Source of the DNA: a virus
Direction: 5' to 3' (one strand)
DNA: 64,000 nucleotides
Virus record (IMG/VR): IMGVR_UViG_3300022752_004829
Coordinates: 1 to 64,000 of that record
Position numbers and translations under genes: made by a program
Shown: positions 9,400 to 17,076 of the stretch, piece by piece
Position numbering within the stretch: the stretch's first letter is position 1
Layout of the letters: every line of letters begins with the position of its first letter
Notes under the pieces: generated by a model
The model's input: the letters and a program-made list of their open reading frames with translations, nothing else
Told to the model about the DNA's origin: nothing
The model's database searches: none

Positions 9400-10176
9400 A
9401 TGGCTCTTGTTTTTACTCTTAAAGTTGATGATACATATGAAGTCTCATCTGGATCTTGCGCTGGAGCAGGAGACGTTATTATACCAAGTACTTATAATGG
9501 AAAAGCTGTCACAAGTATTGCGGCAAATGCTTTTGAATTTTGTTTAGACATAACTAGCATTATTATACCAGACTCTGTAACGAGTATAGGTAATTTTACA
9601 GCTTGCTATAATCTCACTAGTGTTATATTAGGTAATTCCGTAACAGCTATTGGAGATAATGCGTTCTCTGGATGTACAAATCTAACTACTATTACAATAC
9701 CTAACTCTGTAACAAGTATTGGAGGCACTGCTTTCGATTCTTGCTTCAATCTTTCCTTAGTAACTATTTTTAGTAATATAATAAATATTGACCCTAGTGC
9801 TTTTGCTAATTGTATCAATTTGCAGGAAGTTTATTTTTTAAGTGGGATTTCAAATTCAACTTCAATCATTCTTGAAGGTACGCTTTTTGCAAATTGCCCT
9901 AAATTAAAACATATATATTTTTCTGGAAATGCTCCTATTTGCGGTAATGAAACTTTTATGGCTAATGGTACAAATGATTTAAAACTATATCGTAAAAAAA
10001 ACTTTGTCAATAATTGGCCATCTTCTATAGAAAGGATTTTTGGTTATCCACCAGTAGAAGTGGTTCTTTGGTCTGATAATGTAATAAAAAGCGGAGGAAT
10101 TGGAAAGTTGGTGGCTAGAAAAAGAAATAATATCGAAGAACCTGGTGGTGGTGGTGGTACTGAAGGTGGAGATTAG
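9400..10176 (+). CDS. BspA-type leucine-rich repeat (LRR_5) protein
   Basis: Repeats of the form xIPxSVTSIGxxAFxxCxNL; Gly-rich tail ending EGGD. Confidence 0.9.
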   Translation: MALVFTLKVDDTYEVSSGSCAGAGDVIIPSTYNGKAVTSIAANAFEFCLDITSIIIPDSVTSIGNFTACYNLTSVILGNSVTAIGDNAFSGCTNLTTITIPNSVTSIGGTAFDSCFNLSLVTIFSNIINIDPSAFANCINLQEVYFLSGISNSTSIILEGTLFANCPKLKHIYFSGNAPICGNETFMANGTNDLKLYRKKNFVNNWPSSIERIFGYPPVEVVLWSDNVIKSGGIGKLVARKRNNIEEPGGGGGTEGGD

Positions 10177-10186
10177 ACTTTCTCAT

Positions 10187-10274
10187 CGGAACGAGTAGGA
10201 TTCGAACCTACGGATGATATTAAACCATCGGAAGTTTAGTAAACTTCTGCTTTAGACCACTCAGCCATCGTTCC
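10187..10274 (-). tRNA. tRNA-Ser, anticodon ACU, long variable arm, CCA not encoded
   Basis: Acceptor GGAACGA/TCGTTCC with G73; D arm GCTGAGTGGTCTAAAGC; anticodon arm GAAGT-TTACTAA-ACTTC; T arm GTAGG-TTCGAAT-CCTAC. Confidence 0.92.
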
Positions 10275-10276
10275 AA

Positions 10277-10891
10277 TTATTTTAACCAAACTGATGTAGG
10301 ATTATAAGCTTCTGTATCAAGATAATCCCAAACTTTCCAGTCTTTCTCTCCTTTAGTATAAGAAATAATATTAGAAAGAAATGCTTGCAAATCTTCAATA
10401 TGCCAAACATCATCTAGTAGCTTTTTACCAAGATATCGTGATTGATGAGCGACATGATCTGCGTAACTATAAGCAAAGGCAGAAAACGGTGGGAGAACGC
10501 ATCCCATTGAGCAAAGAACTCCTTGCATTCTAGATGCTACTTCTTTACCTCCAACAGAATGCATTGTTACAATTACTCCAGTTGGTTTTCCAAGAAGATG
10601 TTTTTTACCTTCGATCTCAGTCATCTTTTCGAAAAGTTGTTGCATATTTGAACCCCAACTATCCCAATATGTTCCAGTGCAAAAAATTAACGCATCACTT
10701 TCTTTAATAATATGTCTTACTTTGGGCCAATAAAAATCTTTATGAAGATGAACAATCTTTATTTTTATATTCGAATCAATTTTATTGATTTTTTTCTTTA
10801 TCTTATTGATAAGAGATCCAGTATTTCCATTCTTCCCGCCTATAGAACCATTAATTATGGTAAGAGTTATTTTCTTTTCTGGCAAGTTCAT
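10277..10891 (-). CDS. NAD(P)H-dependent FMN reductase / flavodoxin-like protein
   Basis: IINGS...GNT, SDALIFCTGTYW, GKPTGVIVT...GG. Confidence 0.8.
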   Translation of the reverse strand: MNLPEKKITLTIINGSIGGKNGNTGSLINKIKKKINKIDSNIKIKIVHLHKDFYWPKVRHIIKESDALIFCTGTYWDSWGSNMQQLFEKMTEIEGKKHLLGKPTGVIVTMHSVGGKEVASRMQGVLCSMGCVLPPFSAFAYSYADHVAHQSRYLGKKLLDDVWHIEDLQAFLSNIISYTKGEKDWKVWDYLDTEAYNPTSVWLK

Positions 10892-11144
10892 CTATATAGT
10901 CCTTTATTATATTATATAATCTAGATTCTTCTGGATTAGCTTCTCTTTCTACTTCATCAAAGTTATAAAATATATATTCTTTTAATTGATGATGCTTAAA
11001 TCTATGTATTCCTTTTTTATCGTCTCCACTAACGAATATATATCTAAATGGAAGCGGTTCATTTTTTATTTTGTATAGCTTTCCATATTTAGGAAAAGAT
11101 TGTTCGGTTTTATCAAGAAAATTTAATATCTTTTTAAAGATCAT
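10851..11144 (-). CDS. hypothetical protein
   Basis: 97-aa ORF within the operon. Confidence 0.55.
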   Translation of the reverse strand: MIFKKILNFLDKTEQSFPKYGKLYKIKNEPLPFRYIFVSGDDKKGIHRFKHHQLKEYIFYNFDEVEREANPEESRLYNIIKDYIDELARKENNSYHN

Positions 11145-11344
11145 AATACTCCAAAAACTTTTAACATAACAATAGAAGAAACGATTGCACCAATTAAGCT
11201 ACTGCAAGTTCTAATTATCTCAAGTTTATGATTATGATGATCCACCCATATCTCGAAAGGATCTCTTAACTTGCCCTTTGCAAGAAGCTTGCGTCTTTGT
11301 TTTTTGCTAAGTTTTAAATTTGATATATCTTTTAATGTTATCAT
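11141..11344 (-). CDS. small membrane protein (start probably 11344 rather than 11371)
   Basis: C-terminal hydrophobic helix; ATGA coupling on both sides. Confidence 0.55.
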   Translation of the reverse strand: MITLKDISNLKLSKKQRRKLLAKGKLRDPFEIWVDHHNHKLEIIRTCSSLIGAIVSSIVMLKVFGVL

Positions 11345-11514
11345 CTTTTTTTCTTTCTTACTGGTTTCCAAAGAATATCGGTCGAATCTAAATTAGAACT
11401 CCAAATCATTAATTTTGAATATAATCCATACCCAATACCATTAAACCACTTCATGGTAGTTCTGCTAATGATATCTCCAATGTAATAGAATAAATATATA
11501 AAAAATACCCTCAC
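11341..11514 (-). CDS. small hypothetical protein (57 aa, GTG start, not in the ORF track)
   Basis: MRVFFIYLFYYIGDIISRTTMKWFNGIGYGLYSKLMIWSSNLD...; fills the gap after purA. Confidence 0.55.
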   Translation of the reverse strand: MRVFFIYLFYYIGDIISRTTMKWFNGIGYGLYSKLMIWSSNLDSTDILWKPVRKKKR

Positions 11515-11526
11515 AATATATTATAA

Positions 11527-12519
11527 TTATATATATTCTTTGTTTCCAGAAAAAATTATGTCTACTGGTTCTTGTAAGGCATGATTTAATTGATTTTTAA
11601 TAAAGGATTGCATAGCTTGTAATGTATTAAATTTATATAGATTATTATTTTGAAACAATTTATATGTATGTATTTTTTCAAGAATATCACATTTATTAAT
11701 AATTAACTTAGTGACACCAGAAATTTTAATTGCGTCAATTAGTTTATTTAGATTTAACCAGTTTGCAATTCTGCGTCTTCCAGTAGTTGATCCAAATTCT
11801 TGACCAGCTTCAATTAACATATTTAATTCTGAGTCTTCCCATAAGCTTTCTGGAAATAGCGGATCTACTCCGCTTTTTGTATCATAAATCTTTGCCACGC
11901 CAATAATGTCTCGAATCTTCTTAGGAGAAAAACCTAAAGAGCAGGCGGAATAAGGTAAAGTTTCGCTACTTGTTACATATGGATAGTCTCCATAATTAAT
12001 ATCAAGCCAAAAACTTTGTGCTCCTTCACAAAGAATTTCTCCATAAAGTTCTCCATCCCAAAGATAATTTTTATCAATATAATCTCTTGCAAGCTTTCCG
12101 ACTCTTAACATCTTATCTCCGTAAGCGGGAGCAATGCCTTGACCAGTTGTTCCAAGCTTTTTCTTTAAAACAGCAAGATCATAATTTATATGTTTTTCTG
12201 TAATAATATGAGCTTTTGGACTTACTTTAATTAAAGAAGTGTTGAATCCTTCTTTATTTAAATACTCTATTTCATCAAAAAATTTATCAACATTAATAAC
12301 ACAATTAGGCCCAATAATACTAAGTTTGTTTTGAAAAACTCCGCATGGAATAATATGTGTTTTATATTTTTTCTCTCCTAAATAAACTGTATGTCCAGCA
12401 TTAGGTCCGCCATTCCAGCGACAAACAATATCATAATTTTTGCTAATAGCATTACTTATTTTCCCCTTCCCCTCATCTCCCCAAGCTAAACCAAAGATTA
12501 TATCAATATTTTTAATCAT
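11527..12519 (-). CDS. purA: adenylosuccinate synthetase, short form
   Basis: WGDEGKGK, GGPNAGHT, GTTGQGIAPAY, EGAQ, YPYVTSS, EFGSTTGRRR, NKCD. Confidence 0.93.
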   Translation of the reverse strand: MIKNIDIIFGLAWGDEGKGKISNAISKNYDIVCRWNGGPNAGHTVYLGEKKYKTHIIPCGVFQNKLSIIGPNCVINVDKFFDEIEYLNKEGFNTSLIKVSPKAHIITEKHINYDLAVLKKKLGTTGQGIAPAYGDKMLRVGKLARDYIDKNYLWDGELYGEILCEGAQSFWLDINYGDYPYVTSSETLPYSACSLGFSPKKIRDIIGVAKIYDTKSGVDPLFPESLWEDSELNMLIEAGQEFGSTTGRRRIANWLNLNKLIDAIKISGVTKLIINKCDILEKIHTYKLFQNNNLYKFNTLQAMQSFIKNQLNHALQEPVDIIFSGNKEYI

Positions 12520-12784
12520 CTTGAGCTGTCTGATTAATTTTTTCTATTGTTGTGTTCTTTTTATTTAAATCGTTCAAATATTTCTCAAGATTATCTTTTG
12601 CTCGATTACAGTAGTCTTGTCCACTTATTCCGCAACATTTTTTAAATTTTTTTCCAGAGAATGGACAAGTTGCGTTTCTGTTTATCTTTGGTAAAACTCG
12701 AACAATAGGGGAGAAATCTGTGGCTCTACCATAAGGTGTATTCCCCCATTCAATTGGTTTTTCATTATTGTTATTATCTTGCAT
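12512..12784 (-). CDS. SEC-C motif protein
   Basis: KINRNATCPFSGKKFKKCCG. Confidence 0.75.
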   Translation of the reverse strand: MQDNNNNEKPIEWGNTPYGRATDFSPIVRVLPKINRNATCPFSGKKFKKCCGISGQDYCNRAKDNLEKYLNDLNKKNTTIEKINQTAQDD

Positions 12785-12941
12785 TATATATCTCCAGTAT
12801 TGTTTTTTTTAAAACATTTAGATGATGGATATTCCAATCCACCCCAGTCTTTTCACCATTATTCTTTTTAAAATCATCATAAATATTTTTTTCTATAATT
12901 TGATCTAATAATTGTAGCGCATATTCCCAGTTTGACTTCAT
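12774..12941 (-). CDS. small hypothetical protein (55 aa, not in the ORF track)
   Basis: MKSNWEYALQLLDQIIEK...DWNIHHLNVLKK; promoter TTGACT-N17-TATAAT 6 nt upstream. Confidence 0.65.
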   Translation of the reverse strand: MKSNWEYALQLLDQIIEKNIYDDFKKNNGEKTGVDWNIHHLNVLKKTILEIYNAR

Positions 12942-12947
12942 ATGGTT

Positions 12948-12983
12948 ATTATAATATAAGTATTGAAAAAAGTCAAAGTGTAA
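12948..12983. promoter_or_regulatory. divergent promoters: sigma70-type (minus) and GTGTAA-type (plus, towards the tmRNA)
   Basis: Minus strand TTGACT(12971-76)-N17-TATAAT(12948-53); plus strand GTGTAA at 12978-83. Confidence 0.65.
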
Positions 12984-13010
12984 TATATAATACTTTAAGT
13001 TCTTTGAAAT

Positions 13011-13399
13011 GGGCCTGAATTTGGTTTCGATTTTAGTATTGAGAATTAAAATGCAGGTAGAGGTTTAGGTGGGTCTCTTTAAAAAGCCTTAAAAGTATTA
13101 ACTGCCAAAACAGCCAAATACAAAGGTCATATCTCTGCTAGAGTTTCTCTAGTCGAGGAGACCGTTTCTGTAGCTTAAGTTCTACAGCGTGATTACCGCG
13201 ACGCATCTAACGGATAATTGCGTATTTAGATGTCTTTGCTTATAAAGTTTTTTTATTCTTTATAAGTATAGTATTCAAAATAAAATCGCCAATTATGTCT
13301 GTTTTTCTTCTATAAAAGGTTAAAAATAAGAAAAACTAAACTTGTAGTATTTTAATTCAGATTATCTAGAAGACCTCGGTTCGACCCCGAGCAGGTCCA
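13011..13399 (+). ncRNA. ssrA: tmRNA
   Basis: Acceptor GGGCCTG/CAGGTCC-A with G3:U70; GGTTTCGA D-like loop; T arm CTCGG-TTCGACC-CCGAG; tag ORF 13104-13178 after TTAACT, (A)AKTAKYKGHISARVSLVEETVSVA*. Confidence 0.92.
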
Positions 13400-13447
13400 T
13401 TATATATTTTTTATATATGTAGAAAATTTTCGTGTAATAGTAAGTAT

Positions 13448-13972
13448 ATGGCATTAAGAACAAGCGATATTTATGCGGCTGATGCACAAATGATATTCTC
13501 GGTAATAGATCGAGATTTTGATGCTTTAACAAAGAAACCAACTTTAACTCTTAAAGATTTATCTACCTTTAAAGCCACAGATGAGGCGGCATTCTTTGGA
13601 GCTTACGTTAATAATTCAACGGTAAAAAGTGCAGTTTATAATCAATTAAGGATCAATGCATTTACTTTATTGAATAAAATCAGAACTAATCAAACTGCTC
13701 TTCAAACTATTCCAATATATTGCATGTCAAACACTAATGTTGTTAATGCCTTACAAGCAAGAGTTAATGAGGTAGCTAGATTAAAACATATTCGTGGATT
13801 TCAACAAGTTAGAAGTTATTTTCAAGGTATGTATAATTTTAATATCAAAACAAAAATACTAGTTAGTGCAACTTTTGATGATGTCACTTTAAAAGCTGAA
13901 TTTAACTATAAAAATAATACTCCTGCAAGTCCATTGTATCTAGATGCAATTAATTTTGATTATGTAACATGA
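13448..13972 (+). CDS. hypothetical protein
   Basis: 174-aa ORF preceded by GTGTAA at 13432. Confidence 0.65.
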   Translation: MALRTSDIYAADAQMIFSVIDRDFDALTKKPTLTLKDLSTFKATDEAAFFGAYVNNSTVKSAVYNQLRINAFTLLNKIRTNQTALQTIPIYCMSNTNVVNALQARVNEVARLKHIRGFQQVRSYFQGMYNFNIKTKILVSATFDDVTLKAEFNYKNNTPASPLYLDAINFDYVT

Positions 13973-14271
13973 AATTAAATTTTTTAAAATTCTTAAATTC
14001 ATTTAATAGTAAATCTGTCGGATATGACATCGATCCAAATCTAGAAACGATGACTAATATTGATGTTATACTAGATCCTTTTAATGATCCAAATATTCCA
14101 GAGATTAGCGCGCCAGCCCGACCAGGTTTTAGACCACCAGTAAATCCTGGACCAAGGCCAGGTCCTGTTCCAGGAGGAAATGAAGGAGGCGGAGATAGCG
14201 GAGCTTGTGGTACTGGAGGATCTGGTGATGGTGGTACAACTCAGCCTGGTAGTAGTGAAGGTGGAGATTAA
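13969..14271 (+). CDS. Pro/Gly-rich, probably disordered small protein ending EGGD
   Basis: ATGA coupling to the upstream gene; low-complexity C-terminal half. Confidence 0.65.
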   Translation: MKLNFLKFLNSFNSKSVGYDIDPNLETMTNIDVILDPFNDPNIPEISAPARPGFRPPVNPGPRPGPVPGGNEGGGDSGACGTGGSGDGGTTQPGSSEGGD

Positions 14272-14561
14272 AAATTAATAATTATTAAACCTTCTTCGTT
14301 TTTTAAACTTAAATTTTCTGTATTTAGCTTTATTTTTAAATTATTTTTAAATTCATCTGAAAGAGTATTATTAAAATCTAAATATAATTTATACGCTTCA
14401 TTAAAAGCTTCTTCAGATAAAACTCTTGGTTTGCGTGGACAGTTACATGTTTTTTTACCCATCATAAGATAAAAGAACTTTAAATAGTGTTCATTACTTT
14501 TTACAAAATCAAAATCTAATTTCTTAGATTCTTCAAATAATTCTCTAATCGTTAATTGCAT
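14268..14561 (-). CDS. hypothetical protein
   Basis: 97-aa ORF with a CNCP motif. Confidence 0.55.
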   Translation of the reverse strand: MQLTIRELFEESKKLDFDFVKSNEHYLKFFYLMMGKKTCNCPRKPRVLSEEAFNEAYKLYLDFNNTLSDEFKNNLKIKLNTENLSLKNEEGLIIINF

Positions 14562-14934
14562 AATATAGTCTTTTAAAAATACTATACATAATTACACTTA
14601 AGTAGTATATACCAAAGAAAAGATAAAGTTTATTTACATATATTGATATCAAAATATTAACCCAAAAACCTAGACAAAGAGGACAGCTGATTAATTTAAT
14701 AAAAAAATTATTATAAACTGAGCCAATATAAGCTATATATAACTGACCATCATCCACCATTTCTTTATATTTTAAATAATCATTTATTTTAAATAATTTA
14801 TTTAAATATCGAATATGCTTAAAATATTCAACTATTACATTTGTATCATAGAAAATAATACAAATAAATGAATAGATAAAAGAATATTTAATTAAATCTA
14901 TAAAGAAATTACTTTCCATGTGCAAAACCTTCAT
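14545..14934 (-). CDS. membrane protein, DUF1360-like
   Basis: KLISCPLCLGFW plus hydrophobic helices. Confidence 0.55.
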   Translation of the reverse strand: MKVLHMESNFFIDLIKYSFIYSFICIIFYDTNVIVEYFKHIRYLNKLFKINDYLKYKEMVDDGQLYIAYIGSVYNNFFIKLISCPLCLGFWVNILISIYVNKLYLFFGIYYLSVIMYSIFKRLYYAIND

Positions 14935-16015
14935 ACATGCTATTAGTAGTAACTCTTACAGCTTGAATCTTATTTGTCCAGAGACCACCCCTCATATCTT
15001 TAAGATTCCTAAATCCTAAATAACTCATTGCACTTCTTAAGCCATTGGCAAAATCATAAATAACATCTTCTAATGATTTACCTTCAATGATAGGAATCAG
15101 AGTGTTATCGCCTTCAACAAAAAGATTCTTCTTTGTCCCATCATATAATTCATAGTCTTCTACTACGTCTTTGCTTGCCATACCTCGATATTTAGCAAAT
15201 CTCTGACCATTTTTCTCGACTATATCTTCATCATCAATAACGTCTGAGAGCCCAGCAAAAATTCTACCACAGATTACAGCATCGCATCCACTAACGATTG
15301 CTTTTACTAAATCTTTTGGATATCTGATTCCACCATCGGTTAAAATGCTTGGCCTATTAGCTGGATCTGGTTCATTTGAACTGAATAAATCTACTTGGGA
15401 TAGTTCCCAATTTCTTACGGCTTTCCATGCATAATAATTTCCAGTTATACTTGGACATCCTATTCCTGTTTTAACTTGGGTTAAACACATTGAGCCTGGA
15501 CCAATTAAATGTCTAAAACCATCTGCTTTTAAGATCGCTAGTCTATAAACGCTTTGCTTTGTTAATGTATTTCCAACAATAATATCTTGTCGAAATCCTG
15601 CTGTCTTATACCATCTTAGAAAATCCTCAACGTTTTTTGCTAGGCCATTAGCTGTATCTAAAAAATAAATATCTGTATAAGTACTAGTCGCCCTAATCCT
15701 ATCGTCAGCATCTCTTAGGCCTATCGCTGTAATACAAAAATTACTCTCATCCTTAATAAGTTTCGCTTTGGCAGCTTGATCGTCAATAGACATGAATCTA
15801 TGTATTACCCCAGCTCCACCAAGTTTGTTAATTTTAATGCAAGACTTTACAGAGGAGACTGTATCCATTGGAGATAAAATAATTGGAATATTTATTTCAT
15901 AATTTCTAGATATTTTGGTTTTAGTGCAAACTTCTTTTCTAGAGTTAATATCTGAAAAATTTGGTAGCAAAGAAATATCATCGTAACTAAGAGCTTGTTT
16001 AAAATCATTTATCAT
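14909..16015 (-). CDS. GMP reductase / IMP dehydrogenase family protein without CBS domains
   Basis: ALSYDDISLLP, SPMDTV, GVIHRF, IGPGSMC, DGGI, YRGMAS, VEG, GLRSAMSYLG. Confidence 0.88.
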   Translation of the reverse strand: MINDFKQALSYDDISLLPNFSDINSRKEVCTKTKISRNYEINIPIILSPMDTVSSVKSCIKINKLGGAGVIHRFMSIDDQAAKAKLIKDESNFCITAIGLRDADDRIRATSTYTDIYFLDTANGLAKNVEDFLRWYKTAGFRQDIIVGNTLTKQSVYRLAILKADGFRHLIGPGSMCLTQVKTGIGCPSITGNYYAWKAVRNWELSQVDLFSSNEPDPANRPSILTDGGIRYPKDLVKAIVSGCDAVICGRIFAGLSDVIDDEDIVEKNGQRFAKYRGMASKDVVEDYELYDGTKKNLFVEGDNTLIPIIEGKSLEDVIYDFANGLRSAMSYLGFRNLKDMRGGLWTNKIQAVRVTTNSMYEGFAHGK

Positions 16016-16021
16016 TTATAT

Positions 16022-16087
16022 ATCATATAACTTTCTAAATTGAATGTCAAGTTTCTATTTGACAAGTTATAATATTTGGAGTAAGAT
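16022..16087. promoter_or_regulatory. back-to-back sigma70-type promoters
   Basis: Minus TTGACA-N17-TATGAT-6 nt-ATG(16015); plus TTGACA-N17-TAAGAT-6 nt-ATG(16094). Confidence 0.8.
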
Positions 16088-16093
16088 CAAAAA

Positions 16094-16168
16094 ATGGATT
16101 ACCAAAATTTATTCTGCATATCATCTGGTATAGCAATATCTATATATTGGTGGTATAAAAATTTATGA
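16094..16168 (+). CDS. 24-aa hydrophobic peptide (not in the ORF track)
   Basis: MDYQNLFCISSGIAISIYWWYKNL; starts at the predicted +1; ATGA overlap with the deaminase. Confidence 0.55.
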   Translation: MDYQNLFCISSGIAISIYWWYKNL

Positions 16169-16581
16169 AAAGGCCTTCATTTTTAGATATGGCTATTGCA
16201 ACTGCGAAAGTATGGTCCATAAGATCAGAAGATCCTTATAGGAAAGTAGGATGCTGTATCTTAAATAAGAATGGAAGAGTTCTTTCTGTCGGATATAATG
16301 GATTACCTTCAAAATTCTCCGCAGCTGGAGATTTCTGGAAAGATAGAGATTCAAGAAGAAAATACATGCTTCACGCTGAGATTAATGCTCTGAGCTTAAT
16401 TAGGGAAAGTGATGATCCTAATTTATTAGCCTGTACTCTTTTGCCTTGCCCATCTTGCGCTACCGCTATAATTGCTCATGGTATAAAAAATGTAATATAT
16501 ATTGATAATTATGAATCTGATTCAAGTTCTATTGATATATTTGAATATTATAATATAAATATTAAAAAATATGAAATTTAA
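16165..16581 (+). CDS. dCMP deaminase
   Basis: RSEDP..KVG, GYNG, HAEINAL, PCPSC. Confidence 0.9.
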   Translation: MKRPSFLDMAIATAKVWSIRSEDPYRKVGCCILNKNGRVLSVGYNGLPSKFSAAGDFWKDRDSRRKYMLHAEINALSLIRESDDPNLLACTLLPCPSCATAIIAHGIKNVIYIDNYESDSSSIDIFEYYNINIKKYEI

Positions 16582-17074
16582 AATTCTATTAATTCTATTC
16601 TCTATTATGGCAAACCACCATTTATTTGCTCAACAGGGTTCAGTATATGAAACTTATAAATCCAGAAATGATTCTACTAATTCTTCTCATGGAAGTATTT
16701 TCCCAAAAGCTTTCCAAGAATATAATTATATTAAAACCCCAAGAGGTATTGAAGTTTACGAAACTTATAAAAATTATAGCGGCAACACTAACCAATCCTC
16801 GGGGACTATTTTCTCTAAACCATTCCCTTCTTATATAATAATCAATGATAAAATATATAGAACTTATGTAAATAGACCTAGTTCAACTAATGTTTCTGGT
16901 GGTACAATATTCACTAAACCTTTTGAGGCTAAAGTAATTGATCCTAGCGTTAAAAATATAAGAGACATATATTCAACATCAAATTCTATTATTAATAATG
17001 ATATTAAATATACAAAAAGTATTTCTACTGGCCCTACCTACGATGGCGAAACTTTTTCTGAAGGAGGAAATTAA
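16571..17074 (+). CDS. exported protein with three internal repeats, ending EGGN
   Basis: Signal peptide; three copies of [VI]YxTY-x5-[SN]TNxSxG[ST]IFxK[AP]F. Confidence 0.65.
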   Translation: MKFKILLILFSIMANHHLFAQQGSVYETYKSRNDSTNSSHGSIFPKAFQEYNYIKTPRGIEVYETYKNYSGNTNQSSGTIFSKPFPSYIIINDKIYRTYVNRPSSTNVSGGTIFTKPFEAKVIDPSVKNIRDIYSTSNSIINNDIKYTKSISTGPTYDGETFSEGGN

Positions 17075-17076
17075 AT

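Noticed and set aside
10143-10158. (TGG)5 microsatellite as a phase-variation tract
   Set aside because: It is an in-frame triplet repeat encoding a Gly linker, so slippage would not shift the frame.
9400-10176. Diversity-generating retroelement target
   Set aside because: No reverse transcriptase or template/variable repeat pair was seen in this window.
10236-10242. Amber suppressor tRNA (the loop contains CUA) and TAG recoding
   Set aside because: The 5-bp stem fixes a 7-nt loop centred on ACU. Genes are full length in the standard code, and TAG ends the gene at 10176.
11527-12519. PurZ and a 2-aminoadenine (Z) genome
   Set aside because: The motif is GDEGKG with the PurA Asp rather than the PurZ Ser, and no datZ or mazZ is visible in this window.
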